NCBI GenBank assembly: GCA_951406725.2
Contig: OX597818.1
Location: 14,074,001 to 14,138,000, forward strand
Length of the DNA: 64,000 bases
Reading direction: 5' to 3'
DNA from: Octopus vulgaris
Taxonomy: Eukaryota
Shown here: positions 23,900 to 39,689 of the stretch, one piece after another
Layout of the letters: each line of letters starts with the position of its first letter
How positions within the stretch are numbered: the first letter of the stretch is position 1
Notes under the pieces: generated by a model
The model's database searches: none
What the model was told of the DNA's origin: nothing
Seen by the model: the letters and a program-made list of their open reading frames with translations, nothing else
Program-made: the position numbers and the translations under genes

Positions 23900-26712
23900 G
23901 GATGGCCTCTGTAAGGACAAACCGAACACAGATAGGTGTTGCAAGGAGTGGCCGGTGGAGCGGAAATGGCGTGAGACCGGTGTGTCGTTCGCAAGGTGGA
24001 TGTCACGGAGGTGTTCCGCGAACCGGTCAGCCAAGCGGCGTCCCGTTTGTCCGATGTACAAGGAATTGCAGAGAGAGCAAGAGACGCAATAGATAATATT
24101 GCTGGAGGTGCAGGTGAAGGAGTGGATGATGGGATAGGGTCGATGGTGGGTGCTAGTGAGGCGGGTGGTGTTGGAGAGGTAAGGGCAAGTGCGGCAACGT
24201 GGGCGGGAGCAGGGGAACGAGCCGGGTTGGGAGGTAGGGTCAGGGAAGGAGCTATGGACCAAAAGGTCTCGAAGGTTGTGGGCTCGTTTGAAAGAGGGGA
24301 GGGTCGGTTAGGGAAGAGGTGTGAAGTGGACGGGTCGGACTGGAGATGACGGAAAGCTCGAAGAATGGTGCGTTGGAGACGTAGGGTCGTGGGGTGGTAA
24401 GTGAGGGGAAAAGGGAGGCGGGAGACTACAGGGCGGGTTCGGGGAGAGAGAGCAGATACACGGTCCACGGACCGTGCTCTGGCAAGGGCGGTGTGGATAG
24501 TGGTGAGGGGGTATCCACGTAGGGTGAAGTGGTGAGCCATACGTTGAGACTGAGTCTCAAAGTCATGGTCGTCACTACAGAGCCTACGTAGACGGAGGAA
24601 TTGGGAATAGGGGATGGAAAGCTTGGTGTGTTCTGGGTGGGAGGAAGAGAAGTTGAGGTATGAGTGTGAGTCTGTGTGTTTGTAGTGAATGGAGGTGGTA
24701 AGAGTGGAGTGAAGAATGCTAACCGAAATGTCGAGGAAGGAGACAGAGGTGTTGGAGATAGTGGAAGTGAAGTGGAGGGCTGGATGGAAAGATTGGACGA
24801 AAGAGAGGAAGGAATCTAGATGTTCACGGGAGAGTGAGGTGGCACCGATAATGTCGTCAATGTAACGACCATATAGTTCAGGAGTGGGACCAGTGAAATT
24901 AGAGAATATTTGGGCCTCAACATAGCCAACGAACAGGTTCGAATAGTTGGGGCCCATTCGCGTTCCCATGGCCACTCCCGAGATCTGATGGTAGAACTCG
25001 CCCGCGAACGAGAAGCAGTTCAGAGTAAGGACAAGTTCGGCCAGACGAATGAGTGTGGAGGTGTCAGGTACAGGGTTAGAGCGGAGGTCAAGAAAGTGTC
25101 GAAGGGCTTGCAGTTCTTCGTGGTGAGGGATAACAGTATAGAGGTTTTGGATGTCCATAGTAAAAAGGATTTTGGAGGAGCCGGGAGGAAAGGAGAAAGA
25201 GTTGAAAAGCCGGAGAGCATGGTTGGTATCGTGGATGTGGGAGGGAAGAGATGCCACTAGGGGGGCAATGACACGGTCGAGGTATTTAAAGATGAGCTCC
25301 GTGGGGCAGTTACAGGCGGAGACGATGGGGCGGCCAGGGTTGTTGGGTTTGTGGATTTTGGGGAGGAAGTAAATGGTGGGGGTACGTGGGGTTCGCACAA
25401 TTAGGTTGGATGCGGTGCGGGGGAGACGGGAGGACGAGATGAGGTCGCGGACAGTAGAGGATACCGTCTGTTGGTAGCTACGTGTGGGGTTAGAGGGCGT
25501 AGGGGAATAGAAGGAGGTGTCATTGAGCTGGCGGAAAGCCTCGGCCCTATAGAGGTCCGCGCGCCACACCACACAACTCCACCGTTGTCAGCCGGTTTGA
25601 TGATAATGTCAGCGCGCCGTTGGAGGGAACGAAGAGCCGAGAGCTCAGCCGGGGAGATGTTGAGGCGGCGTTGGCGCCTGGAGAAGTTGAACCGCTCCAA
25701 TGCACGCTGACAAGCGCCCGCGAAAAGATCCACTGCTAGGATCTGGCCAGGGGCAGGCGTCCACGGGGATGGTCGGCGGCCCAGGCCAGTGAAGCAGTCC
25801 TCTTCGTTGGGTGTGGGTGGCGAGTCGTGGTAATGCGCACCCAACCGGACACGGCGCACAAAGCTGTGGACATCAACTCGCGTCTGGAATTCCTTACAGG
25901 ATGGAGTGAGGGGGATGAAACGCAGACCCCTACCAAGGACGGAGCGTTCAGCCGCAGAGAGGGGAAGATCGGGGGGAATGGTAACAACAGACGGAAGTGG
26001 AGAAGGGGTGGGTGGAATAGAAGTAGGAGGGGTGGTAGGTCTCGTGGAGGTCTGAGGGGGAGGGATTGGGGAGGTGTGTGGGGGGTGGTTGGGGGGGGGC
26101 AGTAGGGTTAGGTGTAGGTGGATGGAGCCTATCGGGAGGGGAGAAGGGGTTGTAGGGAGGGGCAGTGGGGTTAGGTGTGGGTGGATGGAGCCTATCGGGA
26201 GGGGAGAAGGGTGGTGGAGGAGTTGGGGTAGTGGCGTCGGGTAGGGTGGAATGGAAGAGTGATTGGAGTTTACGAAGTTTGGTATCAGAAAGAAATTGAT
26301 GGAAGAGTTGATTCAAATGGATAATGAAGCGTAGCGTGTTTGGAGCATAGAGAGGCGGCAGAGAGGAGAAGAAGGTGGAGAAAGCAGGAGGAAGAAGGCG
26401 GTTGATGGCATGTAGTTTAGAGAGATTGGAGCGAATGGTGGCCCGCATAAGGCGGTAAGATGTGGTGCGGAGTATTGGTAAGATGGAAGAATCCGAGTGG
26501 AGAGCAGGGTGGAAGTGGAGGCGTAAACCTTTAGGGATGAGTCGGTGATGTAGGCAGCGGCTTAGGAAAGAGACATGGCTAGAGAAGCGGGTTTTTTTAA
26601 AAAGAAGTAGAGAGAGATTAACGGACGGCTGAAGGCAATATACAGGAAGAGAACGGAGATAATCCTTCAAACGGTGATGAAGGGTGAGGAGGTAGGACCT
26701 AGGATCCGGCAT
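23820..26712 (-). pseudogene. PLE polyprotein (N-terminal domain, Pro-rich linker, RT, GIY-YIG) broken by ~4 frameshifts
   Basis: ORF pieces 25948-26763, 25401-25859 (plus upstream frame), 23743-25572 and 23879-24262 join into one colinear PLE protein; shifts near 26095, 25575, 24300, 23910. Confidence 0.9.
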
Positions 26713-27352
26713 GGTGGGATAGCGGAAAAAAAACAAAGGTTCGAAAAAAACAAAAAAAAACAAAAAAAAAAAATTATCGTATGAAAAAAATAGAAAAAAG
26801 GGAATAGCGAAAAAAGGGGAAAAAACAAACGTTCAAAAAAACAAAAAATAATAATCGTATGAAAAAACTAGATAAGTAAGCGATAGGGGCAGAAAAGACG
26901 GGGCAAACGGAAAAGGGAAAGAAAGAAGGGAAGCAGAGAGAGGGGGAGGCAAAAAAAGGGGGGTGCAGGCAGAGGAAACAGAGTATGGACATCCAGAGAG
27001 GGAAGAAAGACGGAAAGGAGAACAAAAATGCAGGAAAATGTGGAAAGCATGAAAAGAATGTAAAAAAAAATGTAAAAAAAGTGGTAATATATGAGAAAAT
27101 AAAAATACAACAAACGGGACAGTTTATGCGAACAAGTTCAAGGTTGAAAGTTCAAGGTGAGAAATGTGTAGACGTCGTGGTATATTTTTTAAGGATTTCA
27201 CATCAAGGCAAAGTCACTTTGATCCGCGAAAGAGAGGTGCAGCCAATGGTAAGTATCCAAGAGGTAAAGAAAATCCAAGGTAGAGGTAAGTGTTGATAGT
27301 GGTATTGGTAGAATATAGGATGAAAGTGAGACCACGTGAGCGCATAATATAT

Positions 27353-28404
27353 AACGGGAAGCTTTATGAAAATAGACAAAAGACGAAGGCAGGTGGAAAA
27401 CAAACAAACAATTGTATTAGTATGGCGCTCAGGAAATATAAATAAAACAAGTCTTTAACGTTTCGAGCCTACGCTCTTCAACAGAAAGATACACAGAGAG
27501 AAAAAAAACACAGAAAGAAGGAGAGAAAAAAAATGCGTGCAGTAACTAACGAATCAACATGGCGATCTGATTTCGGCCAGAAGTCAAAGATCAAACATGA
27601 GACGCGAGAGCGAAATAAGGGGAGATAATAGGGTTGATAATAGGGTTGAATGACCACCTATTAGTGCGTAGGAGGGGTCTGGACGTGTGTATGTATAGGG
27701 TTGGTGTATGTATTAGTATGTATTAGTATGTATAAGGGTGTGTGTGTGTGTGTGTGTGTATGAGAGAGTATTAGTGCGTAGGATAGGTCTGGACAGGCGT
27801 ATGTATGGGGTTGGTGTATGTATTAGTATGTATTAATATGTATTAGTACGTATTAGTATGTATAAGTGTGTGTGTGTGTGTATGAGAGAGTATAAGTGCG
27901 TATGAGGGGTCTGGACGTGTGTATGTATAGGGTTGGTGTATGTATTAGTATGTATTAGTACGTATTAGTATGTATTAGTTGGTGTATGTATTAGTATGGC
28001 ACATCATATATGATGTGATGTGTAAAGTCGTGTGGTGTAGTGAGGAGAAGAGGGGGGGAGAAGAGGGGGGAGGGGAGAAGGGGAGGGGGAGAAGAGGGGA
28101 ATAGGAGGGGAGGTGGAGAAAGAAGTGGATGGGGAGGGGGGGGGAGGAAAGAGGGGGAGGGGGAGAGAGAAGGGGAGTGAGGGAGCAGAGGGAAGGGGAA
28201 GAGGGAAGGAGGGAGGGAGAAGAGGGAAGAAGGGAAGGGGAGTAGGGGTGAAAGGATGAAGGACTGAAGAAGTAGGGGTCGGGGGGAAGGATAGGTGAGG
28301 AGGGGGGAGAGGGGGGTTAGATCAGGAGGGGGAGAGTTGGGACCAAATGGCGTATAAGAGCGAAGAGAGAAGATTAATTCCTGTTCACGGCGCAAACGGG
28401 AATC

Positions 28405-28405
<1 letters not shown>
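27353..28405 (-). repeat. 5' pseudo-LTR (partial tandem copy starting in the endonuclease C-terminus)
   Basis: begins DSRLRREQELIFSLRSYTPFG as in the element 3' end; differs mainly in low-complexity repeat lengths. Confidence 0.93.
27452..27489 (-). ncRNA. minimal type I hammerhead ribozyme, variant core CUGUUGA (second copy)
   Basis: identical to 22945-22982. Confidence 0.75.
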
Positions 28406-28448
<43 letters not shown>

Positions 28449-28725
28449 TACAGGACACCACAAATAGACGTAGAACTCAACGAGAAACGAAAACATAAAA
28501 ACAAGGAAACGGACTTTTTTTAACAACGAAAAAACAGAGTACAAGACCAACAACACAAGGAACATTCCCCTTCATCAGCTGTCCCCGGTTCGACTCTATG
28601 CGTGTACATAAATGTATGTATGTATGCATATATTTTATTTATTATATTTTTGTATGACTGAGCGTCCTCGCGTCGTTTCGTTTCTTTTCTTTTCTCCAAG
28701 TAAGTTTATATATATACATATATAT

Positions 28726-28782
<57 letters not shown>

Positions 28783-29157
28783 TGTATGTATACATATAAT
28801 CATCGGACCCTCTCCGCCCTCCCCTCCACTAACCATTATCTTTCCCTTTCTACTCGCTCCAAATTAGTATTACACGACTAACGTATTATTGTTGTTAAAC
28901 GCTTGTAACTACAGCGAACTTCACTCTGGGCGAAATATATAGATAGTGTAAAAATCTACTTAGTGACTTGCAATGGAATCGAAAAAGTAGACCAAAATAC
29001 AAAATCTCTGTTCCAAGCAGCTCAGTAAAGTAAGCATTACCATTACTTAATATATGTGTCATGTAGAAGGTTAGTAATCGCCGTATTTCTCCTAAGGGGC
29101 GCCCGTTTCAGAACGTAGTTTTAGCTTATCTTACTAATTTATATTAATATAGGGGAA

Positions 29158-29352
29158 GATAAGGCAATGAGCTAGCCGAATCGTTAGTGTGCCAAGCAAA
29201 ATGTATATCGGCATTTCTCCGGTCTTTACGCCCTGAGTTCGAATGTGCTGCATCCTTTCCTGGTCGATAATATATACAGCCGAGCACTGGCGTCTTCGTA
29301 ATCGACCAGCCCATCCCCCGAACCTATTGGCCCCAGTTCAAATTTTGGAACC
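29158..29352 (+). mobile_element. SINE family B, internally deleted
   Basis: AAGGCAATGAGCTAGCCGAATCGTTAG head, GAGTTCGAAT B-box-like, CATCCTTTCCTGGTCGATAA core. Confidence 0.6.
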
Positions 29353-29429
29353 GATGTAGTGGGGGGGACAGATAGATTTCGATATATTGATGTCCATCTG
29401 TGTATGTTTGTGTTATATACATGCGTGCG

Positions 29430-29467
<38 letters not shown>

Positions 29468-29469
29468 CT

Positions 29470-30575
<1,106 letters not shown>

Positions 30576-30942
30576 TATATATATACGTGTATGTGAACGT
30601 GTGTGTATGCACGTTTGTGTGTGTATGTGCGCGTGTGTGCCCATATAGGTATGTTTACGTGTGAATGTCTCTACACATGTATCAATAACAATCTGCGTTT
30701 TATTATTTACACATTCTGGCGTATTTTTGTAGTTTCACTAAATATATTGTATACATGCTTATATAGATATAGAATTAAAGAGATTTCTGGCCATACCTGC
30801 ATATGTTTGTATGCGTGTGTATGCATATGTATGCATGCGTATGTATATGTACGCATTTCTACAAGTGCATATGTATATATGTGTGTGTGTATATGTGTTT
30901 CTATGCATGTGTATGTGTATATATGTATGAATCTATCTATCC

Positions 30943-30986
<44 letters not shown>

Positions 30987-31426
30987 GTATATATATATAT
31001 ATATATATATATACATACATGTATATATACATGCATGTATGTGTGTGTATGCATATAGATTTATATATCAACGTGCTTCCGCTTATATGTCTATACACGA
31101 GACTGTATCTTTGTGTTTGCTCTTGAGTATCTCCTTGTTTTGTTTCAAAGGAGCGAGATGCCAAGGGGCAAATGATATATTGACAGATTTATGACCTTAC
31201 CATACCATTTCTTTATCTCAGAAAAGCGATCAGATATAAAGTTAAAAAAAATTTTATCTACATTTTTAAATACATTCTTTTACAATCATCGTCTGAGTGA
31301 GTTTGGCGGTCATTTAAATGTGTATACAAATATATAGCTTTTATACAATTGTATATGCGTAAGGATATTTACATATATACTTATTAAACGTTTATATATA
31401 AGCATATAAAATATATATACGTATAT

Positions 31427-31488
<62 letters not shown>

Positions 31489-31490
<2 letters not shown>

Positions 31491-33972
31491 TCCCTAGTTT
31501 CAGCTCAGAGCTGCGGCCATGCTGATGCACCGGCGTTTTGCTACACTGTTATTTCTAAGAGCCTCCTCTAATATGTGGCACTTGGTGAAGAATGGAGTTT
31601 GATATAACTACCCTCATTTGCATCTCTTGCCGTGAGATAGGTTCATCTGGGACTCACGACAGGAAGAGATCCCTCTTTGATTTTAAAATCCCTACATCTA
31701 CTTTCTGCAAGTTCCTCAGACTCTTTGGGAAAATATTAAAAAGCAGTGGGCCCTTGAAACCCAGGCTGTTGCAGTAACTGGTCCTGAAGCTTGATGGCAT
31801 TGTTGGGATCTTTGGAACTATGCAGTATCGTCCCGTTCTGGCATTGGTGGAGCTTTCAATGCCAAAATTTGGCACAATTCCTTCTAGGATCCTCCAGATA
31901 AATATTACTGCATGCCTCTCTCGTCTTCTCTCCAGGGAGTAGAGTCTTAGCTATTTCAACCTTTCCTAGTAGCTGAACTGTTGCAAAGAGACGATCTTCT
32001 TTGTGAATCTTCTCTGGATTGCTTCAAGGTCCGCTGTTAATTTCACACTGGTGGGTGACCATAGCTGTGAGCAGTAATCCAGGCGGATGAGGATGAATGT
32101 CCGCCATAGGAACATCATGGTTTCCTTATCTCTGGTTCTGAATGTTCTTAAAATCCATCCAGCCAGTCGTCTGCACTTTGTTGCCATCCTGGTAATGTGT
32201 ACTTGGAAAGAAGTATCATCACCCATGTCGATACCCAGGCCCCTCCCTGACTGGGATTGAAATTCCCTGTGGACCGGTGTACCCTGTAAGTTTCATATTC
32301 AGTTTTGGAGGCTGGTAGCGCAGGGCTTGGAATATTTCAGCATTAAACTGTATATTATTATCCTCAGCATATCTGTAAATTGAGTCCAACTCCTGCTTCA
32401 GGTGTGCAACATCGCTGGAGTTCTGTATTTTCTGCGAGACTTTCGTATCATCTACATAGCTTGTCAGAGTGGCTATCCGGGCATTTGAAGGCATATCTGA
32501 GAGGGCCACTATAAAACGCAGTGGTCCCAAGACAGTGCCTTGTGGAACACCGCTCACTATTTGTGTGTTCATAGAGGTGGCTCCGTTAGCCCCTGCTGCC
32601 TGACTCCTATCTTTCAGGGAGTCATGTAACCACTCTCCAAGTTTTCTAGCTATGCCAAGGTCATACAGTTTGTGGCATATCATATCATGATCCACCTTGT
32701 CAAAAGCTTTTGCAAAATCAAGGTATATTACGTCCACATTTGATTTGTTGAGTAACCGCCTCACCATCCAATCATAATGCTGTAAGAGCTGGGTCCTACC
32801 TGGTCTAAAACCATGCTTGGTATCACTCAGCAAGTTATTATCTTCAAGGAATGCGATTAGTTTCCCTCTGACTATCCGTTCCATGACTTTGATGATATGT
32901 GAAGTCAGAGAGATAGGCCTATAGATTTTGGCATCTGCTCTACTTTCCCCTTTATGTATTGGGCATATTTCACGATTTGAGGAGGATTGCTGGGAAAACA
33001 TCAGGACCAGCAGTTGAGTTTGTATCCACTTCAAATATGGCTAGTAGTATATCTTCTTCGCTAATGTCAATGTATTCCATTGTAACTGCCTCGCTGGTTA
33101 TAGGTGAGGCGGCAAAGAAGTCCACTGGTTCGTTCACTTGTCTGTGTTCCAACGGAGTGGTAAAGACACTTTTGAACTGGTCATTCAGTATCTCACTGAT
33201 CTTAGTTGGACTGTCTGTGAGGGAGCCATCCTTTTGGAGGAAAGGTCCTATCTTGTAGTGTACTGAGGCTGTAACCCAGGCTTCTTTGTCTGTTTTCTCC
33301 CTCACATAGGATAGTTGCAGCCTTTTTTCGATCTCCATCGCTGTTGTTTTTAGGCGGGACGTTTCGCTACTTTTTGGGATGTTGGTTGAGTCGATTTGCA
33401 ACCTTCGTCCGTCGTCTTATGAGGATCTTTCCCTCTCTTGGAATCTTACTCCTATTTGTTTTGGCCTCGTGCTCTGGGACATATTTCTGGCATATGGCTT
33501 GCACAGAAGACATGAAACATTCTAGTTTCATGTCAATATCTGGAGTGGAGAAACATTTCGGCCAGTTCTCTCTGGGGATCTCTTTTTGGATCGATTTCCA
33601 ATCTGCTTTGTGGAAGTTCAGATTGGAGAGATTTCTGGTGCTTTCTTTAGGCTGTACGTATCTGGTTATTTCGGCCCAAACATAGACAGCTCTATTATAT
33701 TGTGATCCGAGACTAATGTCGGTGTCACTTTCACATCATGAATGGTGTCCATATTGTTCGTGAAGCAGAGATCCAAAATGTTATTCGCCTTAGTTGGTCT
33801 GAGTACAGCTTGCTCCATGAATAGGGCATTGGTGAGGTTGAGCAGGGACTCCACCTGTGCTTGCTTGCAATGAGCCATTCCTGAGAGTATGAGACCTTCG
33901 GGCCATTTGACGTTGGGGAAGTTGAAATCACCCATAAGAAATATGATCACGCGGTGTTTCAGATTCATGAGG
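31489..33972 (-). mobile_element. CR1-group (APE-RT) LINE, 5'-truncated and frameshifted
   Basis: APE motifs MGDFNFP, ILDLCF, SDHN; RT motifs YRPISLTS, YLDFAKAFDKVDH, SGVPQGTVLGP, YVDD; C-terminal LDYCSQLWSP...EAIQRRFTK. Confidence 0.93.
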
Positions 33973-33984
33973 ATATATATATAT

Positions 33985-34190
33985 CGGTCATTCAAAATGT
34001 GACCGCATGTGTAACGTTGGCGATTTTTTTCCTCTGTCTTCCCTTCTTTGGATCTTTCCTTCTCCTATGTTTCCGACGAAGAGCTCCGCTCGAAGCGTTA
34101 AACCCTCCTTCTTTCCTGAGCGTCCAATAATACTATATTTGTTCCACGTCCTCGCGTTGTTGTGTTTTTTGAGCTTTCTTGTTAGGATTA
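33985..34190 (+). mobile_element. short PLE 3'-terminus cassette with mutated hammerhead
   Basis: GTTT-CCGACGA-A-GAGC-TCC-GCTC-GAAGCGTT-AAAC at 34069-34103; (TA)n both sides. Confidence 0.75.
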
Positions 34191-34230
34191 ATTATATATA
34201 TTTATATATATATATATATATGCATATATA

Positions 34231-34266
<36 letters not shown>

Positions 34267-34799
34267 TATATGTGTGTGTGTTTGTGCGCGCACATAAATT
34301 TACTGTGCATGGTATAAAGAATCACACTATTAATACTTAGCACACACTGCTCAAGGCCAAACTTTATAAGACACATTTTATTTCCAAGCAATCACAGACT
34401 CTGACCATAATGTAAATATCTCTTTGCAAATCAGCACTCTCTAGTACAACAGAAATTACTAGAAAAAACAACGGGAAGAATATATTCAAACTATTGGAGC
34501 ATGTTTAGAAACGACAAAAGAAAATTAGATTTATGTCCCCATTAATCGTTAAACCATAAATAAGCTGGTTGCGGTAAAATTATTGAACGCAAAGGGACAC
34601 AAAGAAGTCCTGGCATCTGCTCAATCTGTAGATATGGGGGCTTGACCCCAAGTTAGCTAATGAAAATATATCTATTTTTATCGATTTCATGCATGTGGAC
34701 AAATTTCTATTATTAGTAGTTCGCATCTTTCTACTGTCTCTATTTATTTACATTTGTCTCTCACCGGCTGTTGCACCTATATAAATGTATGTGTGTGTG

Positions 34800-34833
<34 letters not shown>

Positions 34834-34944
34834 TGTATGTATGTATGTATGTATGTATGTATGTATGTATGTATGTATATGTATATACGTGTAGGTGGGG
34901 AGCCTGTATGTATTTGTACACACACACACACATATATATTTTTG

Positions 34945-35275
34945 TGTCGTGGCAGAATTAATAGTCAAGGCTATTTAAGCTTTTATCTTATCAAATTCAT
35001 CCTATGGATGCGGAACTGTTTCTGGAGGGAAACGCAATCGTTCAGAATGATGATAATTCACCAATTCACACAGCTAAATTTTTACTGAATGGTACGAGAA
35101 ACATTCTAGTGAAGTCGAACATCTTATCTGGCCACCACATTCGCCAGAACTCGATATTATTGAACATTTATGGTGCATTTTAGAAAAACAAGTAAGGAGT
35201 CGATATCCTCCATCATCATCACTACAAGAATTGGAGAGTGTTTTAGCTGAATAAGGGACAAAAATTCATTGACAA
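34945..35275 (+). mobile_element. Tc1 (DD34E-type) transposase fragment
   Basis: GRINSQGY...DDNSPIHTAK...HLIWPPHSPELDIIEHLWCILEKQVR. Confidence 0.8.
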
Positions 35276-35277
35276 CA

Positions 35278-35430
35278 TCGAAAATCACATTAGGAATGAG
35301 AACCTAGTTTTGAAATTTCCCGAGGACACTCGATGAAGGCTGGAGGGCATATCATCCGAAACCTTGTGTTAACAACAAACAAGATGAGGATAAATATCCA
35401 TCAAATGTAAATAATATAAATAATGTATAT
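35278..35430 (+). mobile_element. PLE-type terminal fragment with eroded hammerhead (35325-35370)
   Basis: ACAC-TCGATGA-A-GGCTG-GAGGGCATAT-CATCC-GAAACCTT-GTGT. Confidence 0.5.
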
Positions 35431-35639
35431 GTTTAAGCTGTTGTAATTATATACAGGAGTACAAATTTCATAAATTCCGGTATTCCAAGTCATTGAACAA
35501 ATGTTCATAGTGTACAACTACTAGGAAAATTACAAAAAACTTAGAAAATTTATACCTTTATCTAGTCCATGAAATATGTATATATTTATGTATGTATGTA
35601 TATATATATTTATAAATATATATATATATATATATACGC

Positions 35640-35679
<40 letters not shown>

Positions 35680-35786
35680 ATACGCATATATATATGCTCA
35701 CATATATATAGATATAGATATAGATATATACGCACACATATATATGCGTATATGTGTGTTTGCAGATGTGTATGTATGTATGTCTA

Positions 35787-36030
35787 TGTGAAGGACCACA
35801 GCCTAGTAATTAGGATATTCGGCTCGAGATCGTAAATTCCTGAGCTCGTTGCCCCGTGATGCGTAACGTCCTTGAGCAAGACACTTTGTTTTGCTAGTTC
35901 ACTCAGCTGGTAAAAATAAGTAGTGTATGTAATTGAAAGGGCTACACTTGTCATATTCTTTGTCACTCTGGATGTCTCTGAAAACTACGTTAAGCCTACG
36001 CGCGTCACTGAAACGTTCGTTGTCATAACT
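35787..36030 (+). mobile_element. tRNA-type SINE family C, degenerate
   Basis: head followed by GTCCTTGAGCAAGACACTT (CORE-like); related reverse copies at ~42975-43270 and 59632-59695. Confidence 0.5.
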
Positions 36031-36122
36031 GATGGAATGGAGTGCGAGGTTAAATATGTGTATGCAGGTGTAGGAGCAATAAGCATGTGTATTTGTTTAA
36101 CGCTCTGGAAGCATGAAAATTT

Positions 36123-36160
36123 CCTTTACGTTTCGAGCCTAAGCTCTTCGTCACAAAGGG
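36123..36160 (-). ncRNA. hammerhead-like motif (C3>G variant) in PLE terminal fragment
   Basis: minus strand CCTTT-GTGACGA-A-GAGC-TTAG-GCTC-GAAACGTA-AAGG. Confidence 0.6.
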
Positions 36161-36607
36161 TTAAGAGGAATAAAAGGAGAGAGGATGAAAAAAAAACGGA
36201 GAAAAATTTTTTATATGTATGTGCGTGTGCATGTATGTATATATACATGTATGAATGTATGTATTATGTGTGCATCTTCATATGTGTGTGTGCTTGCATG
36301 TGAATATATGTGTATATAATGTTTTTGTATGTTAGCCAATATCATTTGATTTTAGTATGATAACAGGGCAATGCCGTTGGTTGGATAGGTAGGGGGGAAG
36401 ATGAGATAAAACAAAAAGGAAAAGCTAAGATAAAAATCAACTAAACGAGAATAAAATGTAAAGAAGATGAAAGAAAATGAAATAAAGTAAAGCAATAGAT
36501 TACACTGAGGCTTAAATTCTGTAATATATTTTAAAGTTCACGTATAATAAAACTTTATAGATTCCTTGATATAAAAGTTTTAAAATACATATTTTTACAT
36601 CCAAATA

Positions 36608-36714
36608 CGAGGGGTGTAGGGAAAGTTTTGTGCCTCAAAACAAAAAAATCATGGTGTAAGACTTCTGACGAAGGTACATGACTTCAAGGCTCAAAACATT
36701 TCATACACCCCTCA
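36608..36714. mobile_element. 107-bp mariner-type MITE
   Basis: TA-CGAGGGGTGTAGGGAAAGTTTTG...CAAAACATTTCATACACCCCTCA-TA: imperfect TIRs and TA duplication. Confidence 0.75.
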
Positions 36715-36821
36715 TATGTGTGTCTGTATGTGTGTATTTACATATACGTATATATTGTATGTGTGTTTGGGTGCGCCTCCATCTCATTTTTTTGTTGTTG
36801 TTGCTGTTATTGTTGTTGTTG

Positions 36822-36888
<67 letters not shown>

Positions 36889-36940
36889 CATTATTATTAT
36901 TATTATTAATATTATTATTATTATTATTATTATTATCATT

Positions 36941-38562
<1,622 letters not shown>

Positions 38563-39689
38563 CATTATTATTATCATCAGCATCATAAGCATCATCAGTT
38601 TTATTACTATTATTATTTCTGTCATTGAGTGAAAGAGCTGTGCGTGCCATGAAATTGAGACTGGGGTAATTCAATTTTCTTTGAATGTTAATTTCACATA
38701 CATCCTTTTCTTCTCCGCACTATCTCATTCTACATAACCTTCTCATCGCTTTTCTCCTTCTCTCTTTCTGTTTCGCTGTCTCTTTCTCCGTCTCTCTAGC
38801 TCTCATGCATAGATATCTCCATAACTTTGTAGCTAATTTATTGCACTAACCACATATATAAGGAATTTTCTCCATCAATTTCTTAACATTTCTAAACGCA
38901 TTAACTGACGAAAGTTTACATAAAGTATACGTTTCCTATTACGTATTGCACAAACCTGAAACATACGCATTCAATGCGTTTAATATATCACTATTTGGAT
39001 TCACTTCATTATTACAACACGACTCGATGGCAGTGAGGAGACCCTAACATCGGTTCAGAATAGTTTGTTATATTCGACTCGAGTCGTAAAGTACAGTCCT
39101 GTACACTGCTTCTTAACGTAACTCGAAATATTTCTGTATTTATATATGTGCGTGTGTATGTATGTGTGTGCGCGCGCGCGTGTCTTTGTGTGTTAAAATA
39201 ACAAAAACAGTGTTTTAAATTTACGACACCTGATTCGGTACAGTTTTATTCTACCATCTTCCCATAAACTTCTAAACAGGTATAAAAAGGTGAAATAATA
39301 TCTTGATGATGGCGAACGAATCCAACCCAACATTGTTGGGTAAGTCTATCGAATATTATAACTAATTTAGGTACGTATATATCGATTAGTTACGTATGAG
39401 TTTTTACATCTCGCTTTTTCAGGAACAGCTTGCTATACTGGTGAATAGTCAGTGGCTTTAGAAATTCAAAATATAGTTCAGGAAATTCTGACAGGTCACA
39501 ATGTGAGCCACATGTATATTGGAAAAGAGTTGCCTGCATCGTCGCGTATCATTATCATTACTGATTTTCAGTGCACTGTGAAAATGTAAAGGCTGTAAGA
39601 TGTGACATGCAGAGTTGCAGCGGAGTCTAAGAAGCCGTGGCCATCTCCAAGTGACCAGTATTCTGACTGCTCCAAGCACCAGGTTTCAC

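Larger units (their letters stand above)
22846..28405 (-). mobile_element. near-full-length Neptune-like Penelope retroelement with tandem pseudo-LTRs
   Basis: direct repeats 22846-23899 and 27353-28405; N-terminal FLSRCLHHRLIPKGL, SVLGRGLRFIP, IKPADNGG, YFLPKIHK, GRPIVS, GVAMGT, RYIDD, CSRPRCRTC, IYCVSCSLCNSLYIGQT; (TA)n flanks. Confidence 0.95.

Noticed and set aside
28447-28610. CTGATGA-AGGGGAA on the minus strand, and a similar GAAA...CTGACGA order at 57765-57812, as permuted hammerheads
   Set aside because: Could not assemble three stems with a correctly placed GAAA and NUH; possibly truncated PLE termini
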